DNA of 64,000 nucleotides from an uncultured Rivularia sp. (lineage in GTDB: Bacteria; Cyanobacteriota; Cyanobacteriia; Cyanobacteriales; Nostocaceae). Location: assembly GCA_963665115.1 (NCBI GenBank), contig OY762007.1, positions 3,840,001-3,904,000 of the forward strand, written 5' to 3'. Of this stretch, positions 19,852 through 30,721 are shown piece by piece. Position numbers and translations under genes: made by a program. Below the pieces are notes generated by a model that made no database searches, was not told the origin of the DNA, and worked only from the letters and a program-made list of their open reading frames with translations. Numbering within the stretch: position 1 is the stretch's first letter; each line of letters begins with the position of its first letter.

Positions 19852-20670
19852 CTATTGAGCCTTTTTAATAAAAGCTCTAATTTCTTTAGCTACATCAGAA
19901 GCGCATGATTGAGGTAAATTATCTTCTCCACGATCGATTATTTTCAACTTACCTTGAGGAGTAAGTTTGGCGTAAATTTGACTCCTTTTTAAAGCATCTG
20001 GCGTATCTTTTCCACCTTGCAATATCAAAACCGGAATTTGGATTAAATCCAATTTTTCCTGTAATAATTCCGCTTCAATTTCTGGAAACTGACGCTGATA
20101 CAATAATTGACTTCCCGTTGGATTTTCTAATAATATTCGTCTTTGCTGTAAATCTTCTTTTATTTTGGTTTCCCAACCAAGCATTTTCGCGAAAGGACGA
20201 AATATTTGTAAAAGCCTAAATATAAATGATGGCTTCTGTATTAAACGCCGCATTTTTTGCCAACGTTTTTGAAATCCATCGATTTCTACACCTTCTGGAG
20301 ATAGTAATACTAAACCTTGAACTTTCTCTGGATATTTTAAAGTACAACTAGCAGCAATCCATGCTCCTAAAGAATTTCCTGCTAAATACACTTTCTCTAA
20401 TTTTAAAGCTTGTAAAAACTCAACTAAAGAATCAACGTGCAAATCAATTGTATGATGAACGTCGGGATATTCTGACTCGCCGAATCCCAACATATCTGGT
20501 GCAAAACAATGAAAATCTCGGGATATCAATTCCATTATCGATACCCATTCACTGCTATCGCACCAAGCACCATGCACAAAAACTACCGGAATACCATAAC
20601 CAACTTCACGCCAGAATAATAACCCTTGAGAAAGCTTTCTCCGAGAGTTACGGAATAACATCGTATCCAT
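19852..20670 (-). CDS. Alpha/beta fold hydrolase
   Basis: VFVHG, APDMLGFGES and the GNSLG nucleophile elbow. Confidence 0.9.
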   Translation of the reverse strand: MDTMLFRNSRRKLSQGLLFWREVGYGIPVVFVHGAWCDSSEWVSIMELISRDFHCFAPDMLGFGESEYPDVHHTIDLHVDSLVEFLQALKLEKVYLAGNSLGAWIAASCTLKYPEKVQGLVLLSPEGVEIDGFQKRWQKMRRLIQKPSFIFRLLQIFRPFAKMLGWETKIKEDLQQRRILLENPTGSQLLYQRQFPEIEAELLQEKLDLIQIPVLILQGGKDTPDALKRSQIYAKLTPQGKLKIIDRGEDNLPQSCASDVAKEIRAFIKKAQ

Positions 20671-20898
20671 ATTGAATTTAATTTAGCAGTTAAATTTAAC
20701 AAGTTTGATTCTTTAGTTACTTTGATGCTGAAATTATCGTATAAAACGACTATTACCGATTATTTTTAATCGTTTTTTCTGTTAATAGCGTTTCCTACTC
20801 TCTTCTTTTGACCATTTATTTAGCACAAATTGGTACGTCTACAGGCATAAATTTTAAACTAAATATAAAGCCTAAAATTTAGATGTTAGTACATAGTT

Positions 20899-21393
20899 TT
20901 ATGCCAATATTGTCAAGTCATTTAAGTAGTCTTGCAACTGGCGATAGTGGTCGTGAGACATTGGTTCTTTGGGTAAAGAGTTGCGAGGAAAAGCTTGAAT
21001 TTCACTTGCTTCTAAAGTGTCTTGAATTTCCATTTCCCCTCTAACTTCCGCCTCCGCGACAACACAGATTGAATGGATTCTGGGGTCCCTATCTGGTGCT
21101 GAGTAAACTCCAACCAAACGCCGAATTTTCACTAACTCTAATCCGGTTTCTTCCATTAATTCACGTTGAATTGTGGTGGGAACATCTTCTCCCCAATCTA
21201 CCATCCCACCGGGCAAAGACCATAGACCGTTGTCTCTTCGCCGAATTAATACAATCCGTCCATCGGGTAATATCGGAATGATACTTGTCCCCGTTATCGG
21301 ATGACGGAAGATAATACCCAGTATTGTTTGTCCATAGCGCCATAAAGTCCGTGTGGACTGTACGGCTGCACCAAATAAAGCAGCAACGTTCAA
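20899..21393 (-). CDS. NUDIX hydrolase
   Basis: Nudix box GGMVDWGEDVPTTIQRELMEETG and the RDPR motif. Confidence 0.9.
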   Translation of the reverse strand: MNVAALFGAAVQSTRTLWRYGQTILGIIFRHPITGTSIIPILPDGRIVLIRRRDNGLWSLPGGMVDWGEDVPTTIQRELMEETGLELVKIRRLVGVYSAPDRDPRIHSICVVAEAEVRGEMEIQDTLEASEIQAFPRNSLPKEPMSHDHYRQLQDYLNDLTILA

Positions 21394-21625
21394 TGTTCAA
21401 GTTTATGTGTTGTACTCACTTACTCTGACTCACACTCATTCATACAACCACCATTTTGTATGGCAGCTTTGATACAAAAATATTTGTGTGTCAGGCTTTA
21501 TTCTAACAATTACCATTTTGTAAAACGGTAGTCATAGAACAGATTAATTTTACCATCCAAAGACTTAATATTTATTGTGTATAACTATACTTTCAGGCGC
21601 AATATTTTATAAAAAATTATCAGTT

Positions 21626-21668
21626 TGTAATCGGTGTTACAATTACTGCTATTTGTCGAAAATATTCT
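21626..21668 (+). promoter_or_regulatory. NtcA-activated (class II) promoter consensus
   Basis: TGTA-ATCGGTGT-TACA (21626..21641), then TATTCT at 21663, exactly 22 nt after the TAC: GTA-N8-TAC-N22-TAN3T. Confidence 0.55.
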
Positions 21669-22099
21669 TCTGTCAGCAATTAAGCATATAGTTAATTCCG
21701 AGCAAAATTTTACGTCAGAGCAATCGCTTTTTAAGATTTAATAATTGGAATTCGATCTTTTTGTTAAGATTAAAATCGCTATTGCGATAAATTAAATTAT
21801 AGTTTATCAAGCAAAAATATTTTAAAAATATAGCTTTTTATAGTTTAGACCAACTACATCTAACTGATATAATTGCTAATAAGTAGTTAAAGATTAAAAG
21901 ATCAATTCAAATATTTAACTTATAATTAGGGTCACGCTTCTATATAAAATTAAGGGATAAGTCACTTTCCGTAAGACTTTTATTTTTTTAAAAGTGCGAT
22001 AGCCTATCTTTTGTTACACTAATAATTTTCGATAATCCCCTAATTTTTAACAAAATATTAGATATAAAATTTAGAATGGTATAAACTTAGTAAGAGCCA

Positions 22100-22129
22100 T
22101 TGACATTATAAAAATAAATGGGATAGACT
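22100..22129 (+). promoter_or_regulatory. Sigma70-type promoter
   Basis: TTGACA-N18-TAGACT upstream of the small ORF at 22256. Confidence 0.45.
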
Positions 22130-22255
22130 GTATTGCTGTTTAAAATATGCTAGTAACTGGTTTAGGCTAGAATGTTATTAACATCAATTAGATAGTAAAA
22201 AAATGTCTATCTAATGCCGATCGGGAACTTAAACGTTGTTTATTTAGAGGTGAAT

Positions 22256-22445
22256 ATGGCTAAGCGCCGTAACCTAAAGAAAGAAAAGGCGTTACGGAAC
22301 CAGGCATATGCCCGCAAGTTTCGTAAACGGACAAATACAGGACGCTATCAAAGAAGGTACCAGCAAGGGGCCGCCTAAATCAGAAGAAGAGAATTCATCA
22401 AATAATAATGATGATAATAACGGCGCTACCACTGCTACTGACTAA
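22256..22445 (+). CDS. Small highly basic protein missed by the ORF track (apparent +1 indel at GGGG 22367..22370)
   Basis: GAGGTG RBS, then MAKRRNLKKEKALRNQAYARKFRKR. As written it stops at 22378. Removing one G extends it to TAA at 22445 with an acidic tail. A terminator follows. Confidence 0.75.
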
Positions 22446-22480
22446 TCTTCTAATTTCAATTTTTACTTTTGTAAGTTCTG

Positions 22481-22522
22481 AATTGCGGAGCGTGTATATA
22501 AACGCTCCGCAATTGCTTTTTT
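22481..22522 (+). terminator. Rho-independent terminator
   Basis: 13-bp perfect stem AATTGCGGAGCGT / ACGCTCCGCAATT followed by TTTTTT. Confidence 0.8.
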
Positions 22523-22579
22523 CAGTTACCAGTTAGCTAGTTTTCCCGTTCAATACTTATTCTTAAGGGAGCAGGGAGT

Positions 22580-22800
22580 GTAGGTAAAGGGGGAAGAGGG
22601 GGAAGTGTAGGAAGAGGGGGAAGAGGGGGAAGAGGGGGAAGAGGGGGTAAAAAATTATCAACTCATTACTCATAACTTATTACTCCCTACTCCCTACTCC
22701 CTACTCATAACTTATTACTCCCTACTCATTACTCCCTACTCCCTACTCCCTACTCATAACTCATAACTCCCTACTCCCTACTCCCTACTCATTACTTATT
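22580..22800. repeat. STRR tract (GAGGGGGAA)n plus (ACTCCCT/ACTCATA)n
   Basis: Tandem 9-mers and 7-mers. Confidence 0.9.
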
Positions 22801-24204
22801 ACTCCCTTCCCCCTTCCCATCAATTTGATCGCGGGCAACCTGTAACGCTTGATTTACCTGCTCGAAGCCCGTTCCGCCATAGCTATTACGTGCAGCTACA
22901 ACTTGACGAGGTGATATCGCTTCATAAATATCCTTGTCAAATTTCGGATGTAGCTGTTTCCATTCTTCTAAACTCAAATCTTTTAAAAGTTTACCAGCAG
23001 CAATACTGGTTTTTACTACCTTACCAACCAGGTTATAAGCTTCTCGGAAGGGAACACCCCGCGCCGCGAGATAATCTGCTACATCGGTGGCATTAGAAAA
23101 GTCTTCCGCTACGGCTTCTGCTAACCGTTGAGTGCGAAATTCCAAACCTTCTCTGAGCAAAATTGTCATTGCTGACAAACAAGCTTTGACGGTATTTACC
23201 CCATCGAATAAACCTTCTTTGTCTTCTTGCAAGTCTTTGTTGTAAGCCAGTGGTAATCCCTTCATCATTACCAACATTGCTTGCAGATGACCGAACACCC
23301 TGCCAGTTTTACCCCGCACTAATTCCGGTACGTCGGGATTTTTCTTTTGCGGCATAATGCTCGAACCAGTTGCACAACTATCTTTAAGCGTGACAAAGCC
23401 GAATTCCTCGGAAGACCATAAAATCACCTCTTCCGACAAACGGCTGAGGTGAACCATTATCAAACTAGCTGCACTCAAAAATTCAATGGCAAAATCTCTG
23501 TCACTTACTCCATCAAGGCTGTTGTCGTAAACCTTGTCAAAATTTAATAGTTTGGCGCTGTAATGTCTATCTATAGGAAAAGTAGTTCCCGCTAAAGCAC
23601 CGCAACCCAAAGGTGAAATATTTACACGCTTATAAACATCTCCCAAACGTTCCCAATCTCGTTGCGACATTTGGAAATAAGCTAAGAGATGATGAGCAAG
23701 ACTTAAAGGTTGAGCGCGTTGTAGATGAGTGTAGCCAGGAATCAAAGTTTCAACGTTTTTTTCGGCAATATCAACTAAAACAGCTTGAAATTCTCGTAAC
23801 AATTGACGAATTTGCTGAATTTGTTCGCGTAAATAAAGTCTCGTATCCGTACCAACTTGGTCGTTCCGAGAACGTCCGGTATGCAGCTTTTTACCCACAT
23901 CGCCAACAATCTCTACCAAACGATGTTCGACAGCAAAATGTACATCTTCTGAATCAACATCCGGATTAAAATTACTATTCCGGTATTCCTGACGAATTTG
24001 TTCTAAGCCAGCAACTAACTGTTCCCCTTCCTCCGAAGAAATAATGCCGCACTTCGCCAACATTTTCGCATGAGCAACCGAACCAGTTAAATCGTATTCA
24101 ATTAATTCAATATCGAAATGGATGCTGGCATTAAAGCGAGCGATAGTAGGATGCAATGCTGATTCAAACCGCTGGCTCCAAGTTTGCTGTTGTGTTTGTG
24201 TCAT
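22792..24204 (-). CDS. argH: Argininosuccinate lyase
   Basis: [22 protein letters not shown] and the [12 protein letters not shown] signature. ATG at 24204. Confidence 0.97.
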   Translation of the reverse strand: MTQTQQQTWSQRFESALHPTIARFNASIHFDIELIEYDLTGSVAHAKMLAKCGIISSEEGEQLVAGLEQIRQEYRNSNFNPDVDSEDVHFAVEHRLVEIVGDVGKKLHTGRSRNDQVGTDTRLYLREQIQQIRQLLREFQAVLVDIAEKNVETLIPGYTHLQRAQPLSLAHHLLAYFQMSQRDWERLGDVYKRVNISPLGCGALAGTTFPIDRHYSAKLLNFDKVYDNSLDGVSDRDFAIEFLSAASLIMVHLSRLSEEVILWSSEEFGFVTLKDSCATGSSIMPQKKNPDVPELVRGKTGRVFGHLQAMLVMMKGLPLAYNKDLQEDKEGLFDGVNTVKACLSAMTILLREGLEFRTQRLAEAVAEDFSNATDVADYLAARGVPFREAYNLVGKVVKTSIAAGKLLKDLSLEEWKQLHPKFDKDIYEAISPRQVVAARNSYGGTGFEQVNQALQVARDQIDGKGEGSNK

Positions 24205-24366
24205 AGATTGGGAATTGGGGAGATGGGGAGATGGAGAGCGAGTAGTGAGTAAATGAGTAGCGAACCACCCCTTTAACAGCCTCATGACAATAATGGGGGA
24301 GAAAGTAATTTACTTGCTACTTGCTACTTACTACTCCTAACTCCTAAACTTTAAACTTTGACCTTA

Positions 24367-24618
24367 TTAACCGTAGCTTGTTAAATTGCGAATTAAATAA
24401 CCAACTACTAATCCAATTAAAAGCGCCCAAATTTGACCTGTTTCGACAAAGTTATTCCAAGCTTTTTGTACTTGACCTATAAGGTCGGGGTCGGTGACGT
24501 TTTGAGCTAATACACTCCAGTTTACAGGTATTCGGTTCTGAGCATTAACAGTATTTGATAATAAAATTGTTGTCCACAAACTAATAGCAAATCCACCCAA
24601 GATCGACGCTAGTTTCAT
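24367..24618 (-). CDS. Small membrane protein, hypothetical
   Basis: Signal-like N-terminus, LAQ...WNNFVETGQIWALLIG and a C-terminal TM helix. Confidence 0.75.
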   Translation of the reverse strand: MKLASILGGFAISLWTTILLSNTVNAQNRIPVNWSVLAQNVTDPDLIGQVQKAWNNFVETGQIWALLIGLVVGYLIRNLTSYG

Positions 24619-24668
24619 TTTTAACTTACCTATTGGTTAGCATCACCGTGATAGCTCAAAGATGTAAA

Positions 24669-25445
24669 CTATGCCATCCGTAATTTCTCGGCAGACCTCA
24701 AAATTTGTCCTGCTAAAACGGCTGCACCAAATCCATTATCAATATTTACAACTCCTATACCCGCAGCACATGAGTTAAGCATTGTTAGTAAAGGTGCCAG
24801 TCCACCAAAACTTGCTCCGTAACCGATACTGGTCGGTACGGCAATTACTGGGGAGTCTGCTAAACCTGCTACAACACTTGGTAAAGCTCCTTCCATACCC
24901 GCGACAACAATTAATACAGATGCCGACTCGATGACATGGCGATTACTTAACAAGCGATGAATTCCCGCAACTCCCACATCCCACAGCCTTTGTACCTCGA
25001 AACCAAAAAGCTCTGCGGTAACTGCGGCTTCTTCAGCAACTGGTAAATCAGCTGTTCCAGCAGTAAGTATACCAATTGTACCGGAATATCGAACTTTGAC
25101 TTGAGGAGGTGCGATCGCGCAGATTTGAGCAGATTCGTAATAACGCAAACCCCTTACTTTCGGTTGCAGGGTAACGAAAACTTCCTGAGTAATACGAGTT
25201 GCCATCACAACTTGATTCTGTAAACGCATCACCTCCATAATCCGAGCAATTTGTTCGGCAGTTTTATCTTGGCCCCAAATGACTTCAGGGAAACCAGTTC
25301 TTAAAGAGCGGTGATGGTCAATTTTGGCAAAATCTTCTACAGATTCGTAAGCTAAATTTTTGAGTTGAGAAAATGCAGCATCCGCCGTTACGTTACCGTT
25401 AGCAACAGCATTTAATAGAGATTGTAGAGATTTTTCATCAGTCAT
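24669..25445 (-). CDS. larB: LarB / CpmA (AIR-carboxylase-like) protein
   Basis: DHHRSLRTGFPEV, AGTADLPVAEEA, DVGVAGIHRL, AGMEGALPS and VNIDNGFGAA. Confidence 0.92.
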   Translation of the reverse strand: MTDEKSLQSLLNAVANGNVTADAAFSQLKNLAYESVEDFAKIDHHRSLRTGFPEVIWGQDKTAEQIARIMEVMRLQNQVVMATRITQEVFVTLQPKVRGLRYYESAQICAIAPPQVKVRYSGTIGILTAGTADLPVAEEAAVTAELFGFEVQRLWDVGVAGIHRLLSNRHVIESASVLIVVAGMEGALPSVVAGLADSPVIAVPTSIGYGASFGGLAPLLTMLNSCAAGIGVVNIDNGFGAAVLAGQILRSAEKLRMA

Positions 25446-25452
25446 AATTTAT

Positions 25453-25660
25453 TTGGGGATTGGGGATTGGGGATTGGGAATTGGTAATTGGGGATTGGTA
25501 ATTGGTAATTGGTAATTGGGGATTGGGGATTGGGGATTGGGGATTGGGAATTGGGGATTGGGGATTGGGGATTGGGGATTTGGGATTGGGGATTGGGGAT
25601 TAGGGATTGGGGATTGGGGATTTGGGATTGGGGATTGGGGATTAGGGATTGGGGATTGGG
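25453..25660. repeat. STRR heptamer array (GGGGATT/GGTAATT)n, about 30 units
   Basis: Direct inspection. It generates the spurious SPIPNPQ/GLGIGDW ORFs. Confidence 0.95.
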
Positions 25661-25797
25661 AAATTTTTTCTACGTGCAAAATAAGAAGGGAGCAAGATGC
25701 TCCCACTACCAATAATATTAATTCTTAACTCCTAACTCCTAACTCCTAACTCCTAACTATTCTCCACGCCCAATCCCCCATGCCCCATTCCCATTTT

Positions 25798-27570
25798 TTA
25801 TTCTTTCGTTAATTTAACTTCGTCAATATTCCAGAAAGCACCGCCTATGGCATTGAATTTAGTGCCTTCAATATTGTTGCGGATGGCTCCTAGTGAGAGG
25901 GGATTGACTAGGTAGATAAAAGGTAGATTTTCCTGGGTGATTTTTTGGGTTTCGCCGTATATTTCTTTGACTTTTTCTTCGTCTAATTCCTGTGTAGCTT
26001 TGACGTAAAGTCTGGCAATTTCTGCTTCCCAAGGTTCAACTTCCCAGCCTTCAATTGGTTTTTGTCCGGCTTGTGGTTTCTGATTAAACATATGCAATCC
26101 ACCTTCGGGTTTCCATACGTTGGCACCATCGTTTGGTTCTAAGCCACCCGTTAAACCAATCAATGCCATTTCAAAGTCTAAGCTATTGGAAATTTTATCT
26201 AAATAAGTATTCCAAGCAAGAGGTGTAAAATCAACTTGAATGCCGATTTTACTCAAATCTGATTTGATTTGCGCTCCCATAGCTTCGCGAATTTTGTTAC
26301 CGGAATTAGTTAGTAAAGTGAAGCGGACGCGATTTCCATCTTTGTCTAATAATTGACCTTGAGAGTTAGATTTAAATCCGGCTTTCTTGAGTAATTCTCT
26401 GGCTTTATCTAAATTGTAATCATAAACTTTTAAGCCTTCTTCTGGAGGTAGGTAATAAGGGCTTTGTACGGAAATTGGAGAATTTTGTTTTTGCCCCAAA
26501 CCACGAAATGTGTTGTTAATCATGGTTTCGCGATCGATAGCGTATGCTACAGCTTGGCGGAATTCTTTAGAATTAAACCATTTTGATTTTACTGGGTTAA
26601 CTAAAGGCTTACCGTTTCTGCTGCCTTTATTCAAATTAAAAAAGACAAAAGATGTACCAGTAGCCGGGCCACCATTCTCTATTTTAAAGTTACCCCGCTT
26701 TTCTTCTTTCTTAAGTAAAGAAAAATAGTCTGGTGTTACCCCTATATAATCCAAGCTACCGGAACGGAATTGTAATAAGGAAGTATCTTGAGATTCAACA
26801 ATTTCCCAATTTACTCTATCAATGAATGGTTTATCTTTTTTCCAGTAATTAGGATTGCGTTGAAATACAACACGTTGAGTAGTATTGTAACGTCCTAATT
26901 TGTAGGGACCATTGGTAACAATCTCATCAACGGGAGTATCAACACTCCATTTTTGTAGAAATAACGGTTTCCCTTCCGAATCTTTCTTTTCTACCGATTC
27001 TCGTAGAGCATGAGCCGGTAAAATCGGAGTTCCCATATTTTGTAAAAAAGGTCGAAAAGGTTCGGGTAAAGTAAATTCAACTTGGCGATCGCTGAGTTTT
27101 CTAACTTTTGGTAATTGACCGCTTTCCCCAATTTTTAAACCATCTTTAACATCACTCGGAATTTCTTTATTAAAGTAAATGTTGTTGTAACTAAATACGA
27201 CATCTTCTGCTGTTAAAGGTTTACCGTCAGACCATTTCAAATTTTCACGTAGAGTAAACACAAACCGCAAACCATCATCGGAAATTGTCCAGGATTCAGC
27301 TAATTCTGGCTCTGTTTCTCCAGTTATAGGGTTTTGAGTAGTTAACCCGACAAAAGTATAGGGAAAAATATTAGGAGACTCTTGAGAAAGAGCGTAGTTA
27401 AATGTTTTCGGATCGCTGAGAGTACTAAGTATTAACGCTGGTTTTTCTGCTGCTTCGCTTCTAAAATTAGCTGGATTGCAAGCAGCAACCGTGAGTGCAC
27501 TTATCGCTGCCAGAATAACTGGTAAACGCAAACGCCGAAAGTTAGGAATTAAAGAACGAATTCTTAGCAT
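25798..27570 (-). CDS. Peptide/nickel ABC transporter substrate-binding lipoprotein
   Basis: Lipobox VAAC and family-5 motifs (LAESWTISDDG...LKWSDGKPLTAEDV; GPYKL; FRQAVAYAIDRE). Confidence 0.93.
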   Translation of the reverse strand: MLRIRSLIPNFRRLRLPVILAAISALTVAACNPANFRSEAAEKPALILSTLSDPKTFNYALSQESPNIFPYTFVGLTTQNPITGETEPELAESWTISDDGLRFVFTLRENLKWSDGKPLTAEDVVFSYNNIYFNKEIPSDVKDGLKIGESGQLPKVRKLSDRQVEFTLPEPFRPFLQNMGTPILPAHALRESVEKKDSEGKPLFLQKWSVDTPVDEIVTNGPYKLGRYNTTQRVVFQRNPNYWKKDKPFIDRVNWEIVESQDTSLLQFRSGSLDYIGVTPDYFSLLKKEEKRGNFKIENGGPATGTSFVFFNLNKGSRNGKPLVNPVKSKWFNSKEFRQAVAYAIDRETMINNTFRGLGQKQNSPISVQSPYYLPPEEGLKVYDYNLDKARELLKKAGFKSNSQGQLLDKDGNRVRFTLLTNSGNKIREAMGAQIKSDLSKIGIQVDFTPLAWNTYLDKISNSLDFEMALIGLTGGLEPNDGANVWKPEGGLHMFNQKPQAGQKPIEGWEVEPWEAEIARLYVKATQELDEEKVKEIYGETQKITQENLPFIYLVNPLSLGAIRNNIEGTKFNAIGGAFWNIDEVKLTKE

Positions 27571-27679
27571 TTAGGTAGATATACGAGTAGTTGATGATAT
27601 TGATTGCGATTGTAGCGAATACAGAGATTAGTTAGGAGTTAGGAGTTGTAAATCCCAATGCCCCATTACCAATTACCAA

Positions 27680-28156
27680 TTACCTAATCAACAAAACCAC
27701 AGCATAAGCACAAATCCCTTTTTCTTCACCTACGGGGCCTAATTTTTCATTAGTAGTAGCTTTGACACCAACTTGATTGGGTTCAATTTGTAAAACCCCC
27801 GCCAACTTTTCGCGCATTTTTTCAATGTGGGGTTTTAGTTTAGGACGCTCTGCTACTACTACCGAATCAATATTTCCTACGCGCCAATTTTGTTCTTTAA
27901 TCAAATTATTAACATTATCTAAAAGCATCAAACTATCAGCACCAGCCCATTTATCATCGCTGGGGGGGAAATAATGTCCAATATCGCCCAAAGAAAGCGC
28001 ACCCAACATCGCGTCCATAATCGCATGAGTTAGAACATCAGCATCGCTATGTCCTAACAAACCCAAAGAATGAGAAATTTCCACACCACCCAAAATCAAC
28101 CGGCGATCGGTAGTCAAGCGATGGATATCGTAACCGTTTCCAATACGAACATTCAT
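27680..28156 (-). CDS. ispF: 2-C-methyl-D-erythritol 2,4-cyclodiphosphate synthase
   Basis: [24 protein letters not shown] and [10 protein letters not shown]. Confidence 0.97.
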   Translation of the reverse strand: MNVRIGNGYDIHRLTTDRRLILGGVEISHSLGLLGHSDADVLTHAIMDAMLGALSLGDIGHYFPPSDDKWAGADSLMLLDNVNNLIKEQNWRVGNIDSVVVAERPKLKPHIEKMREKLAGVLQIEPNQVGVKATTNEKLGPVGEEKGICAYAVVLLIR

Positions 28157-28231
28157 AATCAGGTTAAAGGTTAAAGGTTAAAGGTTAAAGGTCAAAGGTA
28201 ATAGTTAGGAGTTAGGAGGTAATAAGTAATG

Positions 28232-28312
28232 GTAGTGCGTTAGCGCAGCGTGTCCGTAAGGATATGCATCTTGCTCGCTGGTTATATATAGCGAGCAAGA
28301 TGCTCGTACTAC
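28232..28312. repeat. Inverted doublet of GTAGT-type REP-like repeats carrying a small insertion
   Basis: GTAGTGCG[TTAGCGCAGCGTGTCCGTAAGGATA]TGCATCTTGCTCGC...GCGAGCAAGATGCTCGTACTAC. Singlets occur at 8753, 19816, 25688 and 39113. Confidence 0.65.
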
Positions 28313-28343
28313 CTTTCTCCTTGTCTCCTTGTCCCCCTCTCCA

Positions 28344-29069
28344 TCACCCCATCTCCCCCTCTACCCCCTCTCCCCCTCTCTCCTTCTCCTCAAGCCATGC
28401 TTCATACAAATCGGGACGACGTTTGCGGGTTCTGGCTATTTGTTGCTCGTAACGCCATTGGGCTATTGCTGCATGGTTTCCGGATAATAATACATCGGGG
28501 ACTTTGCGATCGCGAAAGATGGCGGGGCGGGTGTATTGGGGATAATCTAATAATCCTTCTTCAAAACTTTCTAATTTTAAAGATTCTGCTTTACCTACGG
28601 TTCCAGGAAGCAAACGTACTACTCCATTAACTAATGCCATTGACGGTATTTCACCACCTGTCAAAATAAAGTCTCCTAAAGAAACTTCACGGGTGACTAA
28701 TTCTAATACTCTCTCATCAACTCCTTCGTAATGGCCGCAAATTATAACTATTTGGTCGTAATTTCCAGATAATTCTCTTAATAAAGGCTGATTTATGGTT
28801 TCTCCTTGAGGACTCATCATAATTACCTCTCGTCGTTGCAACATTGGTAGCGATTCGACGGCGGAGAAAATGGGGCCGGGCTTCATTAACATCCCTACTC
28901 CCCCACCATAAGGTTCATCATCAACTTTCCGGTGCTTGTCGGTGGTAAAGTCTCGCGGATTGACAAAATGCACGCTGGCAATCTGTTTTGCTAAAGCTTT
29001 ACCAATCAGCCCGGAATTTAGAATGGAAGTAAAACAATCGGGAAATAGCGTAACTATATCAAAACGCAC
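28344..29069 (-). CDS. trmD: tRNA (guanine37-N1)-methyltransferase
   Basis: VDDEPYGGGVGM, ICGHYEGVDER, SLGDFILTGGE and YPQYTRP. Confidence 0.97.
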   Translation of the reverse strand: MRFDIVTLFPDCFTSILNSGLIGKALAKQIASVHFVNPRDFTTDKHRKVDDEPYGGGVGMLMKPGPIFSAVESLPMLQRREVIMMSPQGETINQPLLRELSGNYDQIVIICGHYEGVDERVLELVTREVSLGDFILTGGEIPSMALVNGVVRLLPGTVGKAESLKLESFEEGLLDYPQYTRPAIFRDRKVPDVLLSGNHAAIAQWRYEQQIARTRKRRPDLYEAWLEEKERGGEGVEGEMG

Positions 29070-29165
29070 AGTAATTCGTATTGGAGGACACTATTCTTGA
29101 ATTAAACTCGCTCGGCTCAGGTGCAGAAGCAATGTTTACTAGATTACATTTAAACTTTATTTAAA

Positions 29166-29179
29166 GTATATAAAAGTAC
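29166..29179 (+). promoter_or_regulatory. Putative NtcA box upstream of cphB
   Basis: GTA-TATAAAAG-TAC. cphBA is known to be NtcA-regulated in Nostocales. Confidence 0.55.
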
Positions 29180-29679
29180 TTAGGATAGGATATTTTCTGT
29201 TAAAACGAAAGTTTTTCTAATTACTTAATTTATGTTTAAATATTGTCACATCTAAATTTAAATTAAAGATTCATCTCGGCGCGAACAACAACGCAGCATG
29301 ATTGTATCCTGCATTGCGACGGTTGTTGTCCTTTCTCTATGCTTTATCCCAACCACTTTGCCTTGGTGGCAGGTAAGGGAAACTAAAAAGGAACTGGTGA
29401 AATACCTTGTTTCGGCTGGCGAAAAGAAGAGATAATGGGGCGTTATAGATATTCGGCCGTGTCTGCTCGTTCGGGCTTTGAGCTAAAAAGCGAAAAAGCT
29501 AAAAGCCATAGTTCGCGAAAACACGAAAAACGTCGCAATTGCAATAAAACTGGCAGCCGAACGGACATTCCGGTGAAAAATAAACGACAAAAACAGAAAA
29601 TGTCCTGCCGATTATAATACGAACGCGAACTGTCCGCGAAGTAAAATTCACCCGAGACGGTTGTTGACAGGAGACAATT

Positions 29680-30543
29680 ATGCGGCAACTAAAAGCTAAA
29701 TGGCTGGAAATGACCACATCCCAAGCAACTAAAACCGCCGTTCTGGTTATTGGAGGCGCAGAAGATAAGGTTCACGGACGAGAAATTCTGCGAACTTTTA
29801 TAGACCGTGCTGGTGCAAGAGATGCCCATATTACTATTATTCCCTCTGCTTCTCGGGAACCGAGTATTATTGGCGCTCGCTACGTAAATATTTTTGAAGA
29901 TATGGGAGTTAAAAAGGTTGAAATTTTAGATATTCGAGAGCGCGACCACTGTCACGACCGTTACTATAAGGAATCCCTCGAACAATGTACCGGAGTTTTT
30001 TTGACTGGTGGCGACCAATTACGTCTTTGCGGTGTCTTAGCTGATACGCCGGTTATGGATATAATCCGAGAGCGAGTCAAAACCGGAGAATTAACTTTAG
30101 CTGGTACTAGTGCCGGTGCTGCGGTGATGGGACATCATATGATTGCTGGAGGCGGTAGTGGAGAATCTCCCAATCGCTCTTTAGTTGATATGGCAACTGG
30201 CTTGGGTTTTATTCCCGAACTGATTGTTGACCAGCATTTTCACAACCGTAACCGCATCGTGCGTTTAATGAGTGCTATATCATCCCATCCAGATCGTTTG
30301 GGAATTGGCATTGATGAAGACACTTGTGCCATGTTTGAAAAAGACGGTTGGCTCGAAGTTATGGGTAAAGGAGCGGTGACAATTATCGATTCAAGCGAAC
30401 TTACTCATACCAACGAACCTCGTGTCGGAGCAACCGAACCCCTGAGTCTTCATAATTTACGAGTTCACGTTCTTTCTCATGGCGATCGCTATCATCTTTA
30501 TGGACGTACTGCGATACCATCTGTGGGGCGAATATCCAGCTGA
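29680..30543 (+). CDS. cphB: Cyanophycinase
   Basis: IGGAED, TGGDQ, GTSAGA, DQHF and GIDEDT, with an AGGAG RBS. Confidence 0.96.
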   Translation: MRQLKAKWLEMTTSQATKTAVLVIGGAEDKVHGREILRTFIDRAGARDAHITIIPSASREPSIIGARYVNIFEDMGVKKVEILDIRERDHCHDRYYKESLEQCTGVFLTGGDQLRLCGVLADTPVMDIIRERVKTGELTLAGTSAGAAVMGHHMIAGGGSGESPNRSLVDMATGLGFIPELIVDQHFHNRNRIVRLMSAISSHPDRLGIGIDEDTCAMFEKDGWLEVMGKGAVTIIDSSELTHTNEPRVGATEPLSLHNLRVHVLSHGDRYHLYGRTAIPSVGRISS

Positions 30544-30721
30544 CGGGAATAGGTATATGTGGTTACACTGGGTTGACCGCGATTTTTGTTGCTGCATAAA
30601 AGCAAGGAAAATCACAATAATAGGAATAAATAATAAAAAAACTGTTATTCACGAACAGTTTTGCGGTCAATTCCAGTAAGAAACTAGAATTTTGGTTCCG
30701 AATCTCCATCTACCCTTAATC

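Noticed and set aside
25449..25728. ORFs SPIPNPQ.. / GLGIGDW.. in three frames
   Set aside because: They are translations of the heptamer STRR array, not genes.
29380..29430. AAAGGAACTGGTGAAATACC resembling a cobalamin riboswitch core
   Set aside because: The downstream GCAACTGT and B12-box elements were not found, and the downstream gene is cphB. An Rfam scan would settle it.
29435..29717. Short ORFs in the cphB leader
   Set aside because: They have no RBS or family motifs and overlap each other on both strands.
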